Shown: positions 9,448-21,055, counted from the first letter of the stretch. The stretch is DNA of 52,105 nucleotides from an uncultured Clostridia bacterium (GCA_947584125.1 CANPWI010000001.1:1-52105); one strand, 5' to 3'. The notes: generated from the letters alone by a model not told the origin. Numbers and translations: made by a program.

Positions 9448-10129
9448 CTACTTTCTTAATATTTCATCAGATATAATTTTTCCATCTTCTATTCTAATAA
9501 TTCTGTTAGCTTGTAAAGCTATATTTTCATCGTGTGTTATTAGGATTAGTGTTTGATTATATTTCTTATTAGAATATTTTAAAAGTTCTACTATTTCTTG
9601 ACTATTCTTTTTATCAAGATTACCTGTTGGCTCATCTGCTAAAATAATAGATGGAGAATTTATAAGAGCTCTACCAATTGCTACTCTTTGTTGCTGTCCT
9701 CCCGATAGTTGATTTGGTAAATGTTTTGCTCGTTTACTTAATCCGAGAGTATCCAACATTTCTTTTACCATTTCATTATTTATTTTTTGTTTATCTAATC
9801 TTAAAGGTAGAACTATATTCTCCTCTACATTTAATATTGGTATTAAATTATAGAATTGATATATTAGTCCAACGTGACGGCGTCTAAAAATTGCAAGTTC
9901 TTCTTCACTTTTAGAATAAATTTCTTTTCCATCAACATATATTTTCCCGTGATGTAGGTATATCTACCCCTCCTAATAAATGAAGTAATGTCGATTTTCC
10001 AGATCCTGATTGTCCTACTATTGCAACAAATTCCCCTTTCTGTACTGAAAAAGAAACATTATTTAATGCTGTAACTTCGTTTTCGCCTTTATAAATTTTC
10101 GTCAAATTTTCAACTCTTAATATTTCCAT
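9448..10129 (-). CDS. ABC transporter ATP-binding protein (BceA/MacB-like); needs +1 at CGG (plus G9949)
   Basis: Walker [10 protein letters not shown], signature LSGGQQQR, Walker B IILADEPT. The join reads [36 protein letters not shown]. Confidence 0.9.
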
Positions 10130-10240
10130 AGTACACCTCCTATCTCTTTTTATATAATTTTACTATATCATCGCAAGATGACACATCCGTGACTTTATTA
10201 TTACAAAATCGTCACTTAATTACAAATGTATAAATTATAT

Positions 10241-10269
10241 AAATAAAACGAAACACTACTATGTTTCGT
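10241..10269 (-). terminator. rho-independent terminator overlapping the kinase stop codon
   Basis: acgaaaca (10248-10255) pairs with tgtttcgt (10262-10269). On the minus strand tttattt follows. Confidence 0.55.
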
Positions 10270-11264
10270 CATAAAATTTTATATTAAATTCTGCTCCTCC
10301 GAGTATTTCTATTTTTTGCCAGAATATACCCATTCTGTTTATTTATAATTGTTTTTGAGAGAAAAAGTCCTATTCCAATACTCTGTTTAGTGGAATTTTT
10401 ACCTTTATAAAACCTTTCAAACAAATGTGGTAAATCTTTTTCATCTATTCCTTTTCCATTATCCATTATTGATATTTCTGTATATATTGGATTCCTTTTT
10501 GCTATAATTTCAACTATTCCTCCATTATTAGAATGTTCTATACTATTTTTTAATATATTTTGAATAGCTTCCGTTGACCAATAAAAATCTCCTTGATAAT
10601 TTGCATTTTCTTCTATTCTTAATTTTACGCTAATATCTTTCACTTCTAATTGTATATTTAAAGTGTCTAATACTTGTTTAATTAGTTCTTGCACATTTAT
10701 ATTTTCTTTCTTTAATGTAATCGTATCCGATTCTAGTTGTGCTACCTCTAATATAGCAGTAATAAGCCACTCTATACGAGATAATAGACTACTAATTTCT
10801 TTTGTAAGTTCAAATTTTTCATTTTGAGATATATCTTCTTTGGATAATCTTGATAATATTATTTGTATAGAAGTCATTGGTGTTCTTATCTGATGTGATA
10901 TATCTTCTATAAAATTTTTCAAGTAATTCTTTTCTTTTTCTAATCGTTCTGCTTGTTCTCTTAATCTAATTGTGAGTTTATAAATCATATTACTTAAAAT
11001 AGCAAGTTCGCCTTCATTATTTACTATAAAATCTAAATATTCATTACTATGTAATATCTTTTCTATTTGGTATGATAGTTCAGCAATATCATTATATCTT
11101 CTATATGTAAAAAACAAAAAAATACATTCACTTATAATACAAGTACCAAGTACATATATTGCACAAATAATATTTATAAATAATGCTCCTAAAAATATTA
11201 CTAATGAAAAAATACTATATAAAGCTAATTGCTTTTTTACTTCAAGATTTCTAATAAAATTCAT
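10259..11264 (-). CDS. BceS-like intramembrane-sensing histidine kinase (~334 aa); needs +1 at CGG (plus G10301)
   Basis: Two N-terminal TM segments with a short loop. H-box DISHQIRTPMTS, N-box LKNSIEHS, G1 DNGKGI, GIGL. C-terminal join ...KNRNT-G-GAEFNIKFYDET. Confidence 0.9.
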
Positions 11265-11265
11265 A

Positions 11266-11940
11266 TTAGTCCCCCACTTTATATCCTATGCCTCGAATAG
11301 TTTTTATTATATTAGGATTTGCTGGATCATCTTCTATTTTTTCTCTCAATCGTTTAATATATACTGTTAATGTATTATCATTAACAAATTCTCCAGCAAT
11401 ATCCCAAATTTCTTCTAATAATCTATTCCTTGTCAAAACTTCTCCAATATGATTTATAAATACCAAAAGTAATCTATATTCTAAAGCTGATAATACTACC
11501 TCCTTATCTTCTTTCAACACTGTTCCATTTACTGTGTTAATTTTTAAATTAGATATTTGAAATATAGATGGACTCTTTTTATATCTTCTTAATTGATTAT
11601 TTATTCGTGAAATTAGCTCCAATGGTTTAAAAGGTTTTGATATATAATCATCTGCACCAACATTAAACCCTGTTACGATACTATATTCATCTTTCATAGC
11701 AGTAAGCATAATAATCGGTATTTCCATTTTCTTTTTTATATTAGTACATATAGAATACCCATTTCCATCTGGTAGCATTAAATCTAAAAGCACTAAATCA
11801 AATACATTTTCTTCTAAAACTTTTTCTAATTCTGCCTGTCTATATATAATTTTTGAAGAAAATCCATTTTCTTTTAGTAAAAGACTTAAATTATCAGTTA
11901 TTTCCTCATTGTCTTCTATTATTAAAATATTATTCATCAT
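11266..11940 (-). CDS. OmpR-family response regulator
   Basis: Receiver domain DLVLLDLMLPDGNG and winged helix ...TIRGIGYKVGD. The start was chosen behind a TAGGAG SD. Confidence 0.9.
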   Translation of the reverse strand: MMNNILIIEDNEEITDNLSLLLKENGFSSKIIYRQAELEKVLEENVFDLVLLDLMLPDGNGYSICTNIKKKMEIPIIMLTAMKDEYSIVTGFNVGADDYISKPFKPLELISRINNQLRRYKKSPSIFQISNLKINTVNGTVLKEDKEVVLSALEYRLLLVFINHIGEVLTRNRLLEEIWDIAGEFVNDNTLTVYIKRLREKIEDDPANPNIIKTIRGIGYKVGD

Positions 11941-12060
11941 TTCTCCTATCATATTTTATAACTATGCATATTTTATCATAATATCCTATTATTTTCAAAT
12001 GTACAAAATGATTATCAAAAAAAGAAGTAATATGCTAGAAATATCACTTCTTTTTTACTA

Positions 12061-12237
12061 TTATTTTTTTGTATATAATACTCTGTCTATCTGGTTATTA
12101 ACTATCTTTTTTTTATCTATTGTCTTTCCTTTGTCATTTACTATCTCTGCACAATATTTTTTTCCTTTATATATTTTTAAAATTATTGCTTTATTTTTAT
12201 CTTTTAATTCTACTACATCAAACTGTTTTATTCTCAT
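12061..12237 (-). CDS. small hypothetical protein (58 aa)
   Basis: AAGGAAAG SD directly after the hydrolase stop. Sequence begins MRIKQFDVVELKDKNKAIILKIYKGKKYCAEIVNDKGK... Confidence 0.45.
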   Translation of the reverse strand: MRIKQFDVVELKDKNKAIILKIYKGKKYCAEIVNDKGKTIDKKKIVNNQIDRVLYTKK

Positions 12238-12253
12238 AATATATCACTTTCCT

Positions 12254-13875
12254 TTATTGGTACATTGGCGTTCCATAACCTAAAATAACACTACTATTTA
12301 TATCGTAAGTGTTTTGTTTACACATATCTCCTCTAGTATTACCTTCTATTGTATAAACTGTACCATTTTCTACTTTATCTACAATTCCAACGTGGTCTGC
12401 TTTTCCGTCATCTGAATCTGCCCAGTCAAAGAAAATTATATCTCCGTGCTTTCGGAGTGTAACCTACATCTTGCCATAAATTGCAAGTTTTAAACCACGC
12501 TACTCCCTCATTTTCACAATTTGCAAATTTAGGTATTATTCCTGCCTCAATATAACCGACATTCATTAGCACAAAAACTAACAAAACAAGCACACCACTC
12601 AACCCTAGAAGAAAATCCATACCAAGACCAGAACGGCTGACCTCCTACATTTCCTATATATTGTCTTGCTACTTCTACTATATCATTGCTACCTGCTGAT
12701 GATCCATAAAGCATATATGACCACATCGAACTATATTCTTCTTTTTGAAGTTCTGCAAGTTGTTCTTTTTGTTTTGAATTTAAGTTATATAATTCTATCA
12801 TTTCTTGTAAAGACTTACTTGCTATATCAATATAAAGCATTTTTACTTTTCTCTTTTCTATTTTTACATTTCCTTGCTCATCTGTAACTTCTATGTCTTT
12901 TTCTATTTCTTCTACTCTTGATGTTATTGTGTTCATTTGCCAAAATATCTCTTTTAGCTTGCTAACTTTATTATCGTCTAACGTAATAACATCTGCCTGT
13001 TCATTTCCTCCACTTATAATTACTGCATATAATGAAATTATATCTTTCCATTCTGCTTTATTTGAATTTATTTGATATTCTCCGTGTTCTGTATTTTTTT
13101 GAATATCTGTTATTTTATTTGTAAATTCTGTATTAACTTCTCTTATTACAGAACTCATTGTTGTTACTCCTACATCTTTTTCATTAGAGAAGAAAATTCC
13201 AAAAATAGAACTACAAATCAATGCAATTAAAGAAATTACAATAACAATTATTACTGCTACCCAACCTCCTGCAATAATTGCTGAAACAAGTGCTTTTAAC
13301 CCTGCTATTATTGCTTTAATTGTTGTTATTGTAGTTTTTACTGCTACTTTTATTGCTTGTATCGTAGTTTTTACTGCTTGTTTTGTCATCTGTGCTGTTC
13401 TTTGAGCTAGTTTTACACTATTATTTGCTACTTGTTTTGTTGTCTTTATTGCTTGCTTTGTTGTTTTTTCTGTTTTTTTAATTGTATTTTTTGTTGATTT
13501 TACTGTGTTTTGAACTCTCTTTATATTCTTCTTTGCCTTGTTTATTGCAATTTTTCCTTTTTGTTTTACATTTTTTATTCCTTTTTGTGTCTTTTTTATT
13601 TGTTCGTTTCTTTTTTCAATATTTTGGATAGTTTTTTCAAAGTTCTGTTTTCCTTTTCTATTTAATCGTGGTGTATAGTATATAACATCTTGCATTGCAT
13701 TATTTACTTTATTTTCTGCATATTCTTGTTCTGTATTTTCGTTCTTTTCACAGTTTTCTTTTGTCTTGTCCTTTACACTTATTATATTTGATTTTAGTTT
13801 CTTTTCAATTATCATTGCTCTATCAATTTTCCTTATATTAACTTCTTGTTTTTTCTTTGTTTTAATATCAGCCAT
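12254..13875 (-). CDS. conjugation-associated cell-wall hydrolase with C-terminal NlpC/P60 (CHAP-like) domain; needs +1 at two CGG (plus G12558, G12446)
   Basis: Coiled-coil N-terminus and a TM segment. Then ...[21 protein letters not shown]...[14 protein letters not shown]...[21 protein letters not shown]. 1622 nt minus 2 equals 540 codons. Confidence 0.8.
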
Positions 13876-13877
13876 TA

Positions 13878-14639
13878 CTATTCCTCCAATTTCGTATTTA
13901 TTTTTTTTGCTACAACTACTAATCGTCCGTTTTGGTTGGAATATTCACAAGTAGATAATGTTATAAGTTTGTCGCCATATTTTGCTGTTTTTTCTATTTC
14001 ATAAAAAGAAAGTTCTTTACATTTTTTTATAAATGTATCGAACTCTTGCTTTGAATTGCTATTTACAAATTTATAATATTCAAAACCTGTATAGGCAACC
14101 GTTTTGAATACTGCTATTATTTCATAGTCTGCTTTATCGTATATGGTATTGAAGTTTATTATCTTATGATTATTGTAAAATTCTTTCTTTTTATATTTCT
14201 CTAGTTCCCCAAACATTTGATTATTTTTAATATGATGACCATATATAATGACATTATCACTTGTTGTTATATTGCAATATTCTGCAATATATGGCGTTCC
14301 TAATTGTGAATATTGTTTATAAAAATTTCTTCTTAGATAATAATCTTTTCTATTATTATCTGTTTGCATAACTGGATAACTTATATTTGTATTTTCTATT
14401 TTTAGCCACCCTATAAAATCGTTATTCATTTTAAATAATTTTTGTATATTGATGTTTTCTTTTTTTTCTTCAGTATTATCTTCATTTTCTTCTTGTTCTT
14501 CTAGTACAATATTTTCTAATTCTTCAAACACCTCATTTTGTTTTTTATCTTCTTTATAATTTTTTAATATATATATTACTGATAATACAAAACTAATTAT
14601 CAAAATAACTGCAACTATATTTATTATCCATTTTTTCAC
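13878..14639 (-). CDS. srtB: class B sortase
   Basis: N-terminal TM anchor, conserved His context IIYGHH, and catalytic Cys in LITLSTCEY. Confidence 0.8.
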   Translation of the reverse strand: MKKWIINIVAVILIISFVLSVIYILKNYKEDKKQNEVFEELENIVLEEQEENEDNTEEKKENINIQKLFKMNNDFIGWLKIENTNISYPVMQTDNNRKDYYLRRNFYKQYSQLGTPYIAEYCNITTSDNVIIYGHHIKNNQMFGELEKYKKKEFYNNHKIINFNTIYDKADYEIIAVFKTVAYTGFEYYKFVNSNSKQEFDTFIKKCKELSFYEIEKTAKYGDKLITLSTCEYSNQNGRLVVVAKKINTKLEE

Positions 14640-14714
14640 TTTACATCACTTCCCTTATAAACAAAAAGTGCCATATAACAAAAGTTACACGGCACATTTA
14701 TTTTTTCATATTTC

Positions 14715-14744
14715 TTGACTTTTTTATTTAATTTGTTGTATAAT
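14715..14744 (+). promoter_or_regulatory. near-consensus promoter (TTGACT - 18 nt - TATAAT) for an antisense small RNA
   Basis: ttgact at 14715-14720 and tataat at 14739-14744, in an intergenic region. Confidence 0.55.
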
Positions 14745-14750
14745 ATGTAT

Positions 14751-14840
14751 AGAAAGAGGAATCACAGATATGTGGTTACCCAAATATATTGAGAACACGG
14801 CACACGCTCTGCAAAGCAAATGTGCCGTGTTTTTATTTTA
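14751..14840 (+). ncRNA. candidate ~90-nt antisense sRNA (putative type I antitoxin)
   Basis: Promoter at 14715-14744. An 11-bp GC-rich hairpin (14794-14804 / 14821-14831) is followed by a T-run. The 3' end overlaps the stop codon of the convergent 36-codon ORF. Confidence 0.45.
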
Positions 14841-14943
14841 TCTGACTATTAACCCATTGTATGTATATAATACATAGCAAGGCTAAATTCATTGTTATCG
14901 AAATCATTAAACCTATAATTAAAAATGCTAAAATCTCTAACAT
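14833..14943 (-). CDS. 36-aa hydrophobic peptide (putative type I toxin)
   Basis: GGTGAGG SD. MLEILAFLIIGLMISITMNLALLCIIYIQWVNSQIK is one TM helix plus a short polar tail. Confidence 0.45.
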   Translation of the reverse strand: MLEILAFLIIGLMISITMNLALLCIIYIQWVNSQIK

Positions 14944-15064
14944 ATAGCCTCACCCCCTAACTCTTGATTAGAAATCAAGGTCGAAGGGCAACACACACAT
15001 CTGCTACTTCCAACTTTCTATACAAATATTCTACATTATTTTCTTTTAAAAATCTACATTTTTT

Positions 15065-17393
15065 CTAAAAAACTTCATTTAATTTTGTGGTCATTAACCT
15101 ATAAAGTTCTGTATTCTTTGGAAACTTATTTACAAATGGAATTAGCGAATTTCCTATTTTTAATAGTCCGTGTCCTGCTTCAACATTAGTAATAAAACTT
15201 AATTGTTGGTCTGATATATTTAATAATTTTGCAAGTTCTGCTCTATCTGTACTTGCTTGATTAAGCATTATAATCAACTCACTATTTGCAAGCATTGTTC
15301 TCGCTAAATCGCTTCTTAATAAATCTTCAACATTTTGTGTTATACCTGTGCAACAAGCTCCATATTTTCTAACCCTTTTCCATAAAGTAAAAAGGAAGTT
15401 AGCTGAATATTCATATTGAAATAGTAAATATATTTCATCAATATAAATATATGTGTTTCTTCCTTTTTGTCTATTAGCTGTTATTCTATTGAAAATACTA
15501 TCTAATATAACTAACATTGCAATAGGTTGTAATTGCTTTTTTAATTCTAATATATTGTAGCAAACTAATCTATTATGAATATTTACATTTGTTTGTTTTG
15601 CAAAGGTGTTCAAACTACCATTACTAAATAATTCTATTGCTAGTGCTACATCCTTTGCCTCTTTTTCGTTTTGTTTTAATAGTTCTTCTCTAAAATCTTT
15701 TAAAGTTGGTGGCTCTCCTTCATAATCTTTATTTTGATATTCTTTATATACATTTGCCGTACACCTATCTATTATAGACCTTTGTTGTGGTTCTAGTGCC
15801 TTTCCCATAAGTTGTTCGCATAATGAAAGTACAAACTCTGATTTTAATACTATTGGATTTGCATTATCTCCATAAAACTTGTTCATATCCATTGCGTTTA
15901 TATGATTTTTACTTGTTGAAGATATTTCTACCACTTCTCCTCCAAGCTCTTTAACAAGTCCTGCAAATTCATTTTCTGGATCAATAATTATTATATCAGC
16001 GTCTTTTTCTTTTAGCATTATCGAACTAATTTCTTGTTTAGCTGTAAAACTTTTTCCACTTCCAGAAACTCCAAGTATAAAACTATTTCCATTTAATAGC
16101 TGTTTTCTGTCTAATAATATCATATTTTTTGAAATTGCATTTTGTCCATAATATATTCCGTTTTGGATGTTGTACTTCTTGAACTTTAAAAGGCATAAAT
16201 ACTGCTAAACTTTCCGTTGTTAATGTTCGCAATGTTTCTACTGTTTCTATGCCAATAGGTAATGTTGTATTTAATCCGTCTAATTGTTGAAACCTTAATA
16301 TACCAAACTGACATAAGTTTCTTCTTGCTGTTGTTAAGATTGCCTCTGTTGTATTTTCTAGTTCTTTTTCTGTATCAGCAATAAAAACAACTGTAATTAG
16401 TCCTAAAAACATACGCTGATCTCGTGTCATAAGGTCATTTAAAAAATCTCTTGCCTCTTGTTCTTGTTGTTCCATATCAAAAGGAACTGATGCAAGAAAA
16501 TTATTATTTTCACTTTGCTTTCTTATATAATTTGCTTTATTTGTTTCTACTCCTAATAATATTCGTTCTGCGTCTTTTATTGCCTCATCTGTTGCAACTG
16601 GTGATATGTCTATTGTTAGTGTTAAGTTTTTACTAATGTCTGTTAACTCTGCTATCATACTATCTTTTATAAAAGACGCATATTCTTTTAAGAATATTAC
16701 TCTACCAAATTTATTTCCCATTTTGAAATAATCTTTTTTAAACTCAAAACTATCTGGACATATATAATCTTTAAAGCTATGTCCTTTTTGCATATTATCT
16801 ATCATATCAAAGTTAAAACTGCTTTCTTCTCCTATTCTATAAAAGTTGTGTAGCATTTTTAATCTTTCATTTGAATCTAACTCTATACAAACTGAATTTA
16901 ACTTTTTAAAGTGTTTATTTAATTCTACTGTTATTCTTCTAAAAGTTGTTCGTGCCTCCTCCAAGTTTTTCTTTTTAATAGTTATTGTTATATATTTTTC
17001 TTGCACAATTCCATTACTAGTTTTTGCTCCCTCATCAATTAGCATATTATATTCATTTCTTAATCTATCAAGTTTATCTTTTTCATTTTCTATTTTAATA
17101 TTATTTTCTATATTCTGCTCATTCATTTTACTATTTAATATACTAATTTTTACAAGCATTTCACACTCAAAAGAATTAAGTATTTGCATATAATCTAAAA
17201 ACATTGCCTCTTTATCCTCCTCGCTTGCGACAATGTAGTTAATGTCTGTAAATTTAAAAGTTTTAGAATATTTATTTTTGCCTACTAAAAATACTCCATC
17301 TTTCCATATTCTTTTTATTGGTATAACATCTTGTACACCTTTGGGAATTATATATTTTTCTTTATCTTTTTTGAATAAATCAATTATTTTCAT
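15065..17393 (-). CDS. VirB4-like conjugative transfer ATPase (~775 aa); needs +1 at CGG (plus G16160)
   Basis: Join VQEVQHPK-G-IYYGQNAISKNMILLDRKQL. Walker A GVSGSGKS and Walker B-like IYIDEIY. 2329 nt minus 1 equals 776 codons. Confidence 0.9.
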
Positions 17394-17440
17394 AAATTTT
17401 ACCTCCTTTTAAGAAGTAAAATCTCTAATATTGTTTTTCT

Positions 17441-17848
17441 CTAATCTTTTTTATTGCTCTTTTTATTTTTTTTATCTTTCTTGTTTTGTTTTTTATTTTT
17501 AGTATTCTTTTTTCCTTTTTCACATTGTCTATACATATCTAAATATAGGTTATCAGGTTTAAATACTAATTTTTTTGGCGTTAATATTTCTGACTTAACC
17601 CAAGCTATAAAAAACTTTTCTGCTGTCATTCCGTTATATTTTACAAATCCTAATAATGCAAAAGGAACTGCACCTGCCATACATAACCAAGATACAGTTC
17701 CTGTATTATTGAATATTGGTTTTGTTATAAAATATATTCCTACTGCTACAATACAAGCTAATACCGAACATACAAATTGCCTCATTGTTAGTCCAAAGAA
17801 TATATTTTCTTTATATTGCCTTATTTCTTTATTTATCTTAACCTCCAT
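17441..17848 (-). CDS. PrgI/TcpE (VirB3-like) small membrane protein
   Basis: Two TM segments. Positioned immediately upstream of the VirB4-like gene. Lysine-rich tail. Confidence 0.55.
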   Translation of the reverse strand: MEVKINKEIRQYKENIFFGLTMRQFVCSVLACIVAVGIYFITKPIFNNTGTVSWLCMAGAVPFALLGFVKYNGMTAEKFFIAWVKSEILTPKKLVFKPDNLYLDMYRQCEKGKKNTKNKKQNKKDKKNKKSNKKD

Positions 17849-17854
17849 AAGTGA

Positions 17855-18937
17855 TTATCTCTCCTTTTCCTTTGATTTCTTTTGCTTTTTCATTACTTGT
17901 TCAACAAACTCTTTTTTGTTTTCTACTGTTTCTCTAACTTCGTCATTTGCACTTGTTTGTTCCTTAAAAGTATCTGCTAAATTTCCTCCTGCCTTTACTT
18001 TTTCAAAATCTTCTTTTGCTTTTTTTAAGTCATCTCCATAATAATAGCCATATCCCCAGTTTACCTTTTTATCATCTACTTCATAATGAAAAGCTACAAT
18101 ATATTCTTTTGTTCCATCTTGAAATCTGTGTTCTACAAGTGCTACTTTATCATTATTTCTTTTTCCTGTTTCAAGAATACATTTATTATCTTTTTCTAAA
18201 TAGCATAGATATTCACTTTGTATTATTTCTCTATTATCTTCAAGCCATTCTCTCAAACTGTCATAAGTGGATCTCCACGCATTTTTATAATAATCTGTTT
18301 CTATAAACTTTTCAGCTAAATAATTACAAAAATCATATACATTGTCACATTCGTCTTTTTCCGACTGACTTAATTTATCATTTAATAAATCATAGCCTAA
18401 ACAAAATGCTATATAACTAACTTCACTTTCTTTTTGATATTTCTCTTGTGGAAGTTGTACTTGCCCATTCTCTATTTTTATATAATCTGTTTTTTTATTG
18501 TAATATTGCATTATATCTGCCAAATCTGTATTTAATTTTTCACAAATATTTTTTTTATCAATTCCATTATCTTTACAATATTTTAGATATTTTTGTAATC
18601 CTAATCTATGAGTAAATTCTTCTATACCTATATCTTCAACTTGATACCATATACCAGAATGAAATTCTAAACTCATAAATCCTATTTCATATTCATTTTC
18701 TAAATGTGCAAAGACATCATCATCTATATTATATGCCCAGTCTAATACAGGATTTATTTTATTGTCTTTTAATGTTACCTCATACAATTCATTATTCTTG
18801 TCATTTATTACAGCAATAGAATGTTTTGTATTTTTTTTATTTACTAATACATATTCTATTTTTGCATTAGTAATTTCTTCATCTCTTGCTAGTTGATTGA
18901 CTTCATACATTATATTGTCAATAGTCTCTTTTTCCAT
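17855..18937 (-). CDS. hypothetical ICE protein (360 aa)
   Basis: Intact ORF with an SD. No motif recognised. Confidence 0.6.
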   Translation of the reverse strand: MEKETIDNIMYEVNQLARDEEITNAKIEYVLVNKKNTKHSIAVINDKNNELYEVTLKDNKINPVLDWAYNIDDDVFAHLENEYEIGFMSLEFHSGIWYQVEDIGIEEFTHRLGLQKYLKYCKDNGIDKKNICEKLNTDLADIMQYYNKKTDYIKIENGQVQLPQEKYQKESEVSYIAFCLGYDLLNDKLSQSEKDECDNVYDFCNYLAEKFIETDYYKNAWRSTYDSLREWLEDNREIIQSEYLCYLEKDNKCILETGKRNNDKVALVEHRFQDGTKEYIVAFHYEVDDKKVNWGYGYYYGDDLKKAKEDFEKVKAGGNLADTFKEQTSANDEVRETVENKKEFVEQVMKKQKKSKEKER

Positions 18938-18951
18938 TAACTTTTTTCCTC

Positions 18952-19789
18952 CTATCTTTCACATACTCTCTTTTTCTTCATTTCTTTTTTTACTTTGTCA
19001 TATATTTGATCTAAATATTGTGTCATTGCTTGACTGCACCTTTTATTAGATGTTTCCTTAAAATATGCTATTCTCTTTGAAAAATGATAAGCTGTAAGTC
19101 TGTTATTTATAAAGCCTTGCGTTGCTATTGGTACTTTTATTCCGATATTGCTTTGCTAAATATAATATACAATTCTGTTTAGTCTTCCCATTTTCATACT
19201 TATCATCTTTATAAAATTCAAAATCAAATACTTGTATTATTCTGTCGCTACATATTTCTTTTTTGATTTCTTTTAACTGCTTTTTAAATTTTGTATTTAC
19301 TTCTTTTACTTTTTCTTGTTCCTGTTGTTTTCTTTCTTTTAATTCTTCTTGTTTTATTCTTTTATTTTCTGCAATATATTCTTCTCTACTATTTTTCGCC
19401 ATATCATATATATTAGGAAAATGTTTAGAAATATATGCTAATTCACATTTATTAAAGTAATTTTTTCTTTCAATTTTTCTTGTAAAGAACTCTTTTAAGT
19501 CAAATGTAGATAGCTTTTCGATAACACGATTACAATAGTTTTTATTTTCTATTAGTGTATCGTCTATACTGGCACTAATAAACTTTTTGAACTCAATTCC
19601 TGCTATATTCATTTTCCAATATTCATTATCTTCATCTTTAAATAAATACTCTTGTCCATAATTTCCTATTTCTGTTTTCAATACAGCTATTTCCATTCCA
19701 TTATAATTTACTTTTGCAACTCTTTTATTTGCCTTTTTTAATTCATTATCTTCTATAAGCCATACTGTTTCTAAATTAGTTTTTTCCAT
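18952..19789 (-). CDS. hypothetical ICE protein (~278 aa); needs +1 at CGG (plus G19144)
   Basis: Join ...YLAKQY-G-IKVPIATQGFINNRLTAYHF... 838 nt minus 1 equals 279 codons. Confidence 0.6.
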
Positions 19790-19808
19790 AAAATATCTTT
19801 CGCTCCTT

Positions 19809-20132
19809 TCATCTTTGACTTCTTAATGAATTATATTTACTTATGCCATCTACTGTAATCTCATAAATTGCTACTTTTTTACCTGTATATTGACATACTT
19901 TCTTATCTTTTGCCTTTACTAACCCCATCTTTTCTAATTCTGTAAGGCGTGGTGCTGTATAATTTCGTTCTGCATTAGGTATCAGTTTTAAATCAAACAA
20001 TTCAACAGCTATTTCCTTTGCTGTTTTTTTGCCTTTTATAAGTCTATTTAATATTTGTTCATATCTGATTTTTTTCTTTAACTGCATATCTTCAAAACTT
20101 AATTTTCTTGTTTGTTGTGTTACTATATTCAT
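19809..20132 (-). CDS. small winged-helix DNA-binding-like protein (107 aa)
   Basis: Start MNIVTQQTRK behind an AAAGGTGGG SD. ...TAKEIAVELF...RLTELEKMGLVKA resembles a wHTH. The longer track ORF is an artefactual extension. Confidence 0.5.
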   Translation of the reverse strand: MNIVTQQTRKLSFEDMQLKKKIRYEQILNRLIKGKKTAKEIAVELFDLKLIPNAERNYTAPRLTELEKMGLVKAKDKKVCQYTGKKVAIYEITVDGISKYNSLRSQR

Positions 20133-20152
20133 ATATTTTTCCCACCTTTCAT

Positions 20153-20992
20153 TTATAATCCCATCATTTCTCGTACAACTCTGTCGCTCATTTTTATAGT
20201 TCCAACAAGCACAAGCATATTGAAAATTAACTCTCCAATATAACTCCATACTTGTGTTGCAACAGGTGCATTCACATCGACTGCCGGTGGTGTTGACGCA
20301 AACATAGAAAAAATAATACAAGAAAGTACAATAATTGCACCCTCCATACATACTGAAATATAAGATTTTATAAAACTTTTTGATACACTTTGTGATGGTT
20401 CTCCTGCCATTGCTGAAAGTGGAATAGGTGCTATTGCTGTATATAAATAAAGTTTAAAAAACCTACCATAAACACTCATTATCATTACAAATGAAAGTAC
20501 AGTTATAAATAGTCCACCAATAATTGTAATTGCCCATAGTGGAATACTCTCGAAAAAACCGACAACTTTCTATTGCTGAAATTATTTCTTGTGGTATAAC
20601 TGTACTTGTACTATTTCCAAATCCTGCTGAACTCATTATTGTAGAACTTATACCTTGAACTATCTTAAATATTGCAAGCATTAAATCTAATCCATAGACA
20701 ACTATTGTATAAGCTATACCAAATCTTAAAAATAACTTAAATGCGTGTTCTGGTTTTTTTACTTCGGAAAATGAATTACAAGTTTTGATAACTCCTGCTA
20801 AAAAGAAGATTACAAGTAATGCAAGTCCGTATTGCTTGTACTGCTCCGTGTATATTAGTAATCACATTCCATATACCACCGACCTTTAAAATTTTCTGGT
20901 GTTTGTGAAACTAATTGCCATATCTCGCCCAGTTTACTATTCCAAGTATTGATTGCATTTTGTAGATTACCTACAATCCAATTGTCGCTCAA
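20153..20992 (-). CDS. VirB6/TrbL-like polytopic membrane protein (~278 aa); needs +1 at three CGG (plus G20881, G20829, G20561)
   Basis: TTG start behind a TAGGAGG SD. Joins ...ENFKG-G-GIWNV..., ...VQAI-G-LALLVIFFLAG..., ...AIESC-G-FFESIPLWAITIIGG... 840 nt minus 3 equals 279 codons. Confidence 0.6.
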
Positions 20993-21055
20993 ATTTATCG
21001 CCTCCTATACTTTTATAAGAGGGCAATATCTCTTTTATTGTTTTTCTTCAAATTT

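Noticed and set aside
14784-14891. 35-codon plus-strand ORF (MWLPKYIENTAHALQSKCAVFLF...) within the candidate sRNA.
   Set aside because: The intrinsic terminator hairpin lies inside the ORF, so the transcript would end before the stop codon. A non-coding antisense RNA is more consistent.
19809-20351. 180-aa track ORF with a Cys/Tyr-rich N-terminus.
   Set aside because: The first 73 codons overlap the 3' end of the VirB6-like gene in another frame and look non-protein-like. A good SD precedes the internal ATG at 20132.
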